From Thermoplasmata archaeon (GTDB taxonomy: Archaea > Thermoplasmatota > Thermoplasmata > Lutacidiplasmatales > UBA184), in the NCBI GenBank assembly GCA_028864975.1, contig JAGWLG010000009.1, forward strand, positions 1 through 64,000: 64,000 nucleotides of DNA, given 5' to 3'. Positions 1-5,573 of the stretch are shown here, in pieces; the stretch's first letter is position 1, and each line of letters starts with the position of its first letter. Under the pieces are notes generated by a model. The model worked only from the letters and a program-made list of their open reading frames with translations. It searched no databases and had not been told where the DNA came from. The position numbers and the translations under genes are program-made.

Positions 1-2
1 GG

Positions 3-137
3 GAGGTGTACGGGTCCCTCGCTCACCTCGGAGAACGGTTCGGCCGGGTGGCCCCGGAGACCCTGGAGGATGCGAAAACTCTCCTCAGCCGTTCGGTGGC
101 TCCACCGTCAGGGCGCAAGGCTTGCGGTCAACAATAG
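3..137 (+). CDS. 3' end of an unidentified CDS entering from the left edge (EVYGSLAHLGERFGRVAPETLEDAKTLLSRSVAPPSGRKACGQQ*)
   Basis: Manually translated open frame from nt 3 to TAG at 135-137; too short to assign. Confidence 0.35.
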   Translation, partial: EVYGSLAHLGERFGRVAPETLEDAKTLLSRSVAPPSGRKACGQQ

Positions 138-307
138 GTCCAGAGGCCCTCCCCTCCCTCCAAGGCGTGGGCGTTCCAGCGACCCGGGAGGGTCAGCCGC
201 GGAGCATGAACCATCTCCAAGATCATGTGGTCGAACGCCTCCTTCGCCTCTGACGGCAAGCCCCGGACGGAAACGATCGCCTCCGGGCTCACTGTAACCT
301 GAACCAT
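128..307 (-). pseudogene. RelE/ParE-like toxin, apparently C-terminally truncated (59 aa)
   Basis: Manual translation MVQVTVSPEAIVSVRGLPSEAKEAFDHMILEMVHAPRLTLPGRWNAHALEGGEGLWTYC*. The ATG directly follows the upstream antitoxin stop (TGAATG). The H.LEG...LW segment resembles RelE, but the usual R-V-G-x-YR-x-x-Y strand is missing. Confidence 0.45.
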
Positions 308-526
308 TCAGTCCCGCCGAAGTCCCAGGCGAGGCCTCGCTTCGAGGTAGGGGACCGCAGGACGCCTCAGTTCCTCCTCGGCCCAGGCTAAGAATTGCGC
401 TGGGGGTATGGCGTCCATGAACTCCTTGAGCACCTCCGCGTAGGTCTTCCCCCCGACCTTGTAGACCTTCAGTCGGCTGAGAACCGAACTGGGGACCGTG
501 ATCGTCGTCGCCGTGCCGGAATGCAT
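308..526 (-). CDS. Small archaeal antitoxin-like DNA-binding protein (72 aa)
   Basis: MHSGTATTITVPSSVLSRLKVYKVGGKTYAEVLKEFMD matches the TTI.V....+..L...K..G.TY.EV+ pattern of archaeal RHH-type/VapB-like antitoxins; coupled to the downstream toxin-like ORF. Confidence 0.65.
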   Translation of the reverse strand: MHSGTATTITVPSSVLSRLKVYKVGGKTYAEVLKEFMDAIPPAQFLAWAEEELRRPAVPYLEARPRLGLRRD

Positions 527-596
527 CGGGATGACATTGTCGCAATTGCAGATAGCTATTGCCGGGGACGCCCCTGACACTCCACTCTCTCCCCTT

Positions 597-667
597 GGAT
601 CGAACCGCCCCGCGATTCGAATACTCGATGGGCCGGCGCGGATTCGACCGCTTGTGGTGGTGGGGAC
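597..667 (-). repeat. att-like junction A: tRNA-Val 3'-end copy with L1 arm and degenerate R1 inverted repeat
   Basis: tgggccggcgcggattcga at 629 (18/19 identical to the tRNA 3' end), cgcttgtggtggtggggac at 649-667, and GGATCGAACCGC/GCGATTCGAATAC at 597-624. Confidence 0.85.
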
Positions 668-681
668 TGCGAGTCTAGCCT

Positions 682-1032
682 TCAGCGGCGCTTCCGCCCC
701 GGGAACCACTTGTCATACGTAGCGTGGTCCACGATCCGTAAGATGACCACGACTTTTCGTCCGTCAAACCGAACGATAGTGTAGAGGAGACGCCAGAAGC
801 CTGGAAGGTCTTCCACGAAGAGGTTCTCTAGGCCGTAGGCAAGACGGAACGCGGCAGGAACGAATTTCCCCCGGACCACCTCCCCGTGCACGGCATCCCG
901 AAGGAGGATCGGCTTCAGGTCCCGCAAACGCCGAAGGACCGAAGCGGCCTCCGGCCGGGGGTCCTCGAGCAATCGGTCGAAGTCCTTGGCCGCGTCCTCG
1001 TTCAGGCGGACCTCGTCCGCGGGGACACCCAT
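682..1032 (-). CDS. Putative RelE/ParE-like toxin, copy 1 (116 aa)
   Basis: MGVPADEVRLN...LENLFVEDLPGFWRLLYTI...ILRIVDHATYDKWF. The start overlaps the antitoxin stop (TGATG). RelE-like secondary pattern; 99/116 aa identical to 4673-5023. Confidence 0.7.
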   Translation of the reverse strand: MGVPADEVRLNEDAAKDFDRLLEDPRPEAASVLRRLRDLKPILLRDAVHGEVVRGKFVPAAFRLAYGLENLFVEDLPGFWRLLYTIVRFDGRKVVVILRIVDHATYDKWFPGRKRR

Positions 1033-1331
1033 CAGAGCGGCCGCCCAGCGCGGATCGACCGCACGAGGCCCTCGGATGCGTGGGGAACCCACAGAATCCC
1101 CTTGCTTCCTTCCACGATGCACCCTTCGTCTGCCAGGAACCCTAGCACAGCGTTGAGGGTCGGCCGGTTCGTGCTGTGCCCCCACTGGGCAAGTGTCTCG
1201 AGGAGAATGTTGCGGCTCACCGGCTCACCAGCCAGCCGTAGCGCCCCTCGAACGTACTCGATGAGCTCGAGGGTGGGGTTCGCTCCCTTGCGCGCGTGCT
1301 CGAGGCGGGGAGGGTGGGTGGCGATGGCCAT
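1032..1331 (-). CDS. Winged-helix protein, putative antitoxin, copy 1 (99 aa)
   Basis: MAIATHPPRLEH...TLNAVLGFLADEGCIVEGSKGILWV shows a wHTH-like helix/wing. It lies upstream of and is translationally coupled to the toxin; 94/99 aa identical to 5023-5322. Confidence 0.7.
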   Translation of the reverse strand: MAIATHPPRLEHARKGANPTLELIEYVRGALRLAGEPVSRNILLETLAQWGHSTNRPTLNAVLGFLADEGCIVEGSKGILWVPHASEGLVRSIRAGRPL

Positions 1332-1502
1332 CAGTGTATGCATACGTGGAGTCCATATGAACATACAGTCCCCATCAGGTTTTCCTTCCGCACGGGCCTC
1401 ACGGCGACGCTCATCCTCCGCTGCGACCGTCCCCTCTTGCAAACCGCGACTGGCGATCCGGCTCCTGGCTCATCGAGGTCAAAGACCTCGGTTTGGCACA
1501 AA

Positions 1503-1576
1503 GGGACTGGAACCGCGATGGCGGTTCGAATCCACATGGGCCGGGGCGGACCCACCAGCAAACGGGTTTGAGTCCC
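1503..1576 (-). repeat. att-like junction B
   Basis: tgggccggggcgga at 1537 (14 nt identical to the tRNA 3' end), inverted repeat GGACTGGAACCGC-gatg-GCGGTTCGAATCC at 1504-1533, and an inverted T-arm-like gggtttgagtccc at 1564-1576. Confidence 0.85.
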
Positions 1577-1627
1577 CTCAATTCGCCACGATACGACTCT
1601 TGGGGACCCCGCGTAGGACACGAATAG

Positions 1628-2377
1628 ATGTACCAGCGACCTCTACTCGGAGCGATGAACACGACCCTTGCCACGCAAGCCGTGGTGTTCGACCTCTTTC
1701 ACACCTTGGTCACGCCCGAGGCGGTCCACGCCAACGCATACCTGCGAACTTCCCGCATGGCTGCCGCTCTGCGCCTCGACGCTGCCGATTTCGAACGCTG
1801 GTGGGTGGATTCAAAGGACGAACGAAACCGAGCTCGGAGCCCGACAGTCGCCGATCGCATTGCTCAATATTGCACCAGAATAGGTCGCCCGAGGACCGTG
1901 GGAGATGTCGAAGCCGCGCTCTTCGCAGCGGACCGATACCACGACGTTGCCATTCAGTTCCCCCCCTCGGAAGTACTGGGGGCATTGGCCCAACTCCGGA
2001 AGAGAAAGCTCCAAGTTGGGATTCTGAGCAACGCGGATGAACACGAGGTCCGTGCGTGGCCGGACTCCCCGATCGCTCGTCTTGTGGACGCTGCTTCGAT
2101 CTCGGTCGACTCCGGGCTCGTGAAGCCCGAGCCAGCGGCTTATCGAGGGATCCTAGCTGCCCTTGGAGGCGTATCACCCTCTGCTACGATGTACGTCGGG
2201 GACGGCGAGAGCGGCGAACTCGTAGCCGCCAAGCAGCTGGGTTTTCAACCGGTGGTCTTCATGAGAGGATTCGTGACGGGGAACGGGTTTCAGACACCAG
2301 CCAATATCCAGCAACTCTCGACCCAGGCGGACCACACGATAGACCGCATCGATGAGACACTGCAGTATCTGCGGTAG
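1628..2377 (+). CDS. HAD-superfamily hydrolase (cassette cargo)
   Basis: Motifs VVFDLFHTL, LSN, KP and YVGDG; the start may be the ATG at 1655. Confidence 0.85.
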   Translation: MYQRPLLGAMNTTLATQAVVFDLFHTLVTPEAVHANAYLRTSRMAAALRLDAADFERWWVDSKDERNRARSPTVADRIAQYCTRIGRPRTVGDVEAALFAADRYHDVAIQFPPSEVLGALAQLRKRKLQVGILSNADEHEVRAWPDSPIARLVDAASISVDSGLVKPEPAAYRGILAALGGVSPSATMYVGDGESGELVAAKQLGFQPVVFMRGFVTGNGFQTPANIQQLSTQADHTIDRIDETLQYLR

Positions 2378-2395
2378 GGGCCCACGGGATCCCAC

Positions 2396-2443
2396 AATTC
2401 GAAGTGGGCCGGGGCGGATTCGAACGCTTGTGGTGGTGGGGAC
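2396..2443 (-). repeat. att-like junction C
   Basis: tgggccggggcggattcgaac at 2405 (21 nt identical to the tRNA 3' end), cgcttgtggtggtggggac at 2425-2443, and an aattcgaag arm. Confidence 0.9.
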
Positions 2444-2564
2444 CATTGAACGCGGTTCTTTCCACGGTGGAGGTTCACTCGGCCAGGGGTCCTCGTCCCG
2501 CTCTCCCGCCCATGGGCGGGCGAAAGGGCATAGCCCAACAGAGGAATAGAGGGTCTCGTGAGCT

Positions 2565-3548
2565 ATGGCCAGCACCAAGTCTCGAAGGAGTACTTCCTCG
2601 AAGCCGATCTCCAAACCCCCCGAGGAAGGCTGGGCTCTCGCCAGGACCCGACCTCTAAGGGGGCAGGTGGCCGTGGTCGCGGGAGGCACGCGGGGGGCTG
2701 GTCGCGCAATTGCCGTCTCGCTCGGCCTTGCTGGGGCAACGGTCTACGTAACGGGGAGGAGCGTTCGAGGTCACCCCGCGACGCCCGGGCGCCCCGAAAC
2801 CATCGACCAGACCGCAGAGATGATCCGGGCGCTAGGTGGCCGTGCCGTCGCGGTGCGCGTCGACCATACCGAGGAGAGCGAAGTGCGTCGATTCTTCGAA
2901 CAGGTCCGGCGAGAGCAACGGGGGAAACTGGACGTCCTCGTCAACGACATCTGGGGCGGAGAACCGCTGATCGAGTGGGGCAAGGCACCTTGGGAGATGA
3001 CCTGGCGAATGGGTCGCACGCTCATTGAGCGCGCGGTGTTCACGCACATTCTGACGAGCCGCTATGCCGTTCCCCTCATGGTGGCCCGCAAGTCTGGGAC
3101 GATCTTCGAGGTTACCGACGGGGCGCATTTGCAATATCGTGGCAGCTACTTCTACGATTTTGTCAAGTCCTCAGTGATTCGGATGGCCCTCGCGTACCAT
3201 GAGGAATTTGAGGAGGCGGGGCTGCGGAGAATGAGCACGATAGCGGTAACCCCAGGATACCTCCGTTCGGAGTACATGCTCGATCAATTCGGGGTCAGAG
3301 AGGAGAATTGGCGAGACGGAATTCCGCAAGCAGGCCCGGGGTATCGCCACTCCGAGACTCCGTACTACTTGGCGCGGGGCGTGGTGGCGCTTGCCGCGGA
3401 CCCTATGCGAAGAAGGTATTCCGGAAAGGTCGTCGGGAGCTGGACGCTCGGGCACAGGTACGGGTTCACCGATAGGGATGGGACCCAGCCGGACTGGGGG
3501 GCGTACTTCTATCCCAAGTACATGAAAGGCGTCGAGCCCACCTCCTGA
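2565..3548 (+). CDS. Short-chain dehydrogenase/reductase, DHRS1-like (cassette cargo)
   Basis: VAVVAGGTRGAG nucleotide-binding motif, LDVLVND, and the YYDFVK (YxxxK) catalytic motif. Confidence 0.9.
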   Translation: MASTKSRRSTSSKPISKPPEEGWALARTRPLRGQVAVVAGGTRGAGRAIAVSLGLAGATVYVTGRSVRGHPATPGRPETIDQTAEMIRALGGRAVAVRVDHTEESEVRRFFEQVRREQRGKLDVLVNDIWGGEPLIEWGKAPWEMTWRMGRTLIERAVFTHILTSRYAVPLMVARKSGTIFEVTDGAHLQYRGSYFYDFVKSSVIRMALAYHEEFEEAGLRRMSTIAVTPGYLRSEYMLDQFGVREENWRDGIPQAGPGYRHSETPYYLARGVVALAADPMRRRYSGKVVGSWTLGHRYGFTDRDGTQPDWGAYFYPKYMKGVEPTS

Positions 3549-3631
3549 AGGACCCACGCCCAGCATGCTCTCGGGCAGCGGCGGGTGTTCGATTCTCGTG
3601 TTACCGCTCGAGGGCGACCGCCACGACCGAG

Positions 3632-3677
3632 AATTCAAATGGGCCGGGGTGGGTTCACAACGTCCGGCGGTTCGAAT
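3632..3677 (-). repeat. att-like junction D (most degenerate)
   Basis: tgggccggggtgggttc at 3640 (15/17 identical to the tRNA 3' end), an aattcaaa arm like junction C, and cggcggttcgaat at 3665-3677, a 13-nt tRNA T-arm match in inverted orientation. Confidence 0.7.
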
Positions 3678-3746
3678 GCCGCATGGGTACATGGTGCCGC
3701 CTGCTACGCACAAAGTGTATCTTCAGTCCCTGCTGATCGCTGCGCG

Positions 3747-3965
3747 ATGAAGTACGAAGAGTTCCGCGACGCGATCACGATCCATCTTCGCTTGCACCGG
3801 CGGGGCGCCACGTGGGCAGACCTCAAGGAGGGTCTGGGCCTTCCCCAACGGACGGCCTGCCCTACGTGGGTCCGCCGGATGGAGGAGGAGGTCGGCCTCC
3901 GCCGGGAGCACGGACCCGATGGCATGATCTGGCAGATCCGTGCGAAGAAGGGGGGTCGCAGGTGA
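3747..3965 (+). CDS. Small HTH-like hypothetical protein (72 aa)
   Basis: MKYEEFRDAITIHLRLHRRGATWADLKEGLGLPQRTACPTWVRRMEEEVGL shows a helix-turn-helix/wing-like pattern; its stop overlaps the dinB-like GTG. Confidence 0.6.
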   Translation: MKYEEFRDAITIHLRLHRRGATWADLKEGLGLPQRTACPTWVRRMEEEVGLRREHGPDGMIWQIRAKKGGRR

Positions 3966-4474
3966 CCGAACTCGAGGCCATCCGGACTTTCTTTCGGTTC
4001 AACTCCCGCGTTCGCCAAAATTACTTGGACACGATCCTAAAGCTTCCCTCAGACGAGCGCCTGAAGGACCGTGGCGCCTCCTTCCCCTCCCTCCAGGAGG
4101 TGTTTTGCCACGTGCTCGATGGCATCCGCTGGTGGGTAGAGTACGTTCCGCAGGATCGTGCGGCGGACGCGAATCAGCTCCCCGCTCGCGAACTCTCGCC
4201 GGAGCAACTCCGCGCAGAGACGGAGAAGGCCGACCGAATGGCGTTGGACTACGTCACCCATCTGACCGAGGCGGACATGACGAAGGACATGGTCTGTCAC
4301 TTTCCCGGTGATGACGGCCCACAGGAAGCACGCTTCCCGATCAAGGATGTCCTCTGGCATTTGGTCGAGGAGGAACTCCAGCACCGGGGCGAGCTCAATG
4401 CCCTCCTCTGGCAGATAGACGTGGAACCCCCCATCGCGAAAGTGGAGGATTGGAACGCATCGAAGGAGAAGTGA
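3962..4474 (+). CDS. DinB/YfiT family protein (170 aa)
   Basis: His motifs VFCHVL and LWHLVEEELQHRGELNALLWQ, typical of the DinB four-helix bundle. Confidence 0.85.
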   Translation: MTELEAIRTFFRFNSRVRQNYLDTILKLPSDERLKDRGASFPSLQEVFCHVLDGIRWWVEYVPQDRAADANQLPARELSPEQLRAETEKADRMALDYVTHLTEADMTKDMVCHFPGDDGPQEARFPIKDVLWHLVEEELQHRGELNALLWQIDVEPPIAKVEDWNASKEK

Positions 4475-4527
4475 ACGCCAACGGAGGATGCTTTCTAGGA
4501 GTCCTCCTGGTCTCGTCGTCTCGAGAT

Positions 4528-4599
4528 GGACTCGAACCGTCCTACGGTTCGAATCCTCCATGGGCCGGGGCGGATTCGGACGCTTGTGGTGGTGGGGAC
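4528..4599 (-). repeat. att-like junction E (best-preserved full unit)
   Basis: GGACTCGAACCGT-cct-ACGGTTCGAATCC (12/13 paired), tcca, tgggccggggcggattcg (18 nt identical to the tRNA 3' end), and cgcttgtggtggtggggac at 4581-4599. Confidence 0.9.
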
Positions 4600-4672
4600 A
4601 GCCAACCCCTGCCATCCGGTACCGGCATGGCACTCCCAGGCGGGAACGCGGGGCTTGAAGGGCGCGAGGAGG

Positions 4673-5023
4673 TCAGTGACGCTTTCGTCCCGGGAACCAC
4701 TTATCGTAGGTGGCATGGTCCACGATCCGAAGGATAAGCACGACCTTTCGTCCGTCGAATCGAACGATGGTATAGAGGAGGCGCCAGTAGCTTGGAAGGT
4801 CCTCCACGAAGAGGTTCTCCAGGTCGTAGGAAAGGCGGAGCGAGGAGGGGATGAATTTCCCACGTACGACCTCCCCGTGCAATGCATCTCGAAGGAGGAT
4901 CGGTTTCAGGTCCCGCACTCGCCGAAGGACCGATGCGGCCTCCGGCCGCGTATCTTCGACCAAGCGGTCGAAATCCCTAGTCCCATCCTCGTTCAGGCGG
5001 ACCTCGTCCGCAGGAACCCCCAT
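4673..5023 (-). CDS. Putative RelE/ParE-like toxin, copy 2 (116 aa)
   Basis: Paralog of 682-1032 with the same TGATG coupling. Confidence 0.7.
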   Translation of the reverse strand: MGVPADEVRLNEDGTRDFDRLVEDTRPEAASVLRRVRDLKPILLRDALHGEVVRGKFIPSSLRLSYDLENLFVEDLPSYWRLLYTIVRFDGRKVVLILRIVDHATYDKWFPGRKRH

Positions 5024-5322
5024 CAGAGCGACCGCCCCGCACGGATTGACCGCGCGAGGCCTTCCGAAGCCTGGGGGACCCACAGGATTCCCTTGCTCCC
5101 TTCGACGATGCACCCCTCGTCCGCCAGGAAACCCAGTACTGCGTTGAGGGTCGGCCGGTTCGTGCTGTGACCCCAATGGGCGAGTGTTTCGAGGAGAATG
5201 TTCCGGCTCACGGGCTCACCGGCCAGCCGCAGTGCTCCCCGAACGTACTCGATCATCTCGAGGGTGGGATTCGCACCCTTCCGGGCGTGCTCGAGGCGGG
5301 GAGGGTGGGTCGCAATGGCCAT
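5023..5322 (-). CDS. Winged-helix protein, putative antitoxin, copy 2 (99 aa)
   Basis: Paralog of 1032-1331; TATA-like TTTATA about 25 nt upstream on the minus strand (probably leaderless). Confidence 0.7.
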   Translation of the reverse strand: MAIATHPPRLEHARKGANPTLEMIEYVRGALRLAGEPVSRNILLETLAHWGHSTNRPTLNAVLGFLADEGCIVEGSKGILWVPQASEGLARSIRAGRSL

Positions 5323-5437
5323 CAGTGTATGTATGCGTAGAGCCCCTATAAACGTATACCCCCATGGAGGTCGTCTTCCCTAAGGGACCCTAGGCTCCCT
5401 GCACCTCGCGGGAGTTGCCCCTCTCGGTGGGTGTGAC

Positions 5438-5495
5438 GGGACTCGACCCCCCCCGGTTTCGAATCCTCCATGGGCCGGGGCGGATTCGAACCGCC
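5438..5495 (-). repeat. att-like junction F: intact tRNA 3' end followed by the R1 arm
   Basis: On the minus strand the tRNA end CCGGCCCA is followed by TGGAGGATTCGAAACC-G8-TCGAGTCCC, the same arm as at junctions A, B and E. Confidence 0.85.
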
Positions 5496-5543
5496 GATCT
5501 GCGCGTTGTAAGCGCGCCGTCATCACCCCTAGACCACCGGCCC
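5471..5543 (-). tRNA. tRNA-Val (TAC)
   Basis: GGGCCGGTGGTCTAGGGGTGATGACGGCGCGCTTACAACGCGCAGATCGGCGGTTCGAATCCGCCCCGGCCCA folds as a cloverleaf; anticodon loop CTTACAA; no encoded CCA. Confidence 0.97.
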
Positions 5544-5573
5544 GGATACCCGCGGAGGGTCGGTCCGAGTACA

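Larger units (their letters stand above)
597..5495. mobile_element. tRNA-Val-anchored array of at least five short integrase-less gene cassettes
   Basis: Six direct copies of the tRNA 3' end at 629, 1537, 2405, 3640, 4561 and 5471 (spacings 908, 868, 1235, 921, 910 bp). Each interval holds 1-2 complete ORFs. Confidence 0.75.

Noticed and set aside
629-4580. Additional tRNA genes at junctions A-E
   Set aside because: Only 10-21 nt of the 3' acceptor/T-arm are present; there is no D arm, anticodon arm or 5' acceptor strand
597-5495. Reading the regularly spaced repeats as a CRISPR array
   Set aside because: Spacing is about 870-1240 bp and contains whole genes, the repeats derive from a tRNA, and no cas genes are present
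597-5495. Reading the junctions as canonical integron attC sites
   Set aside because: There are no RYYYAAC/GTTRRRY core ends (GTT is followed by CGAA) and no intI in the window; the analogy is organisational only
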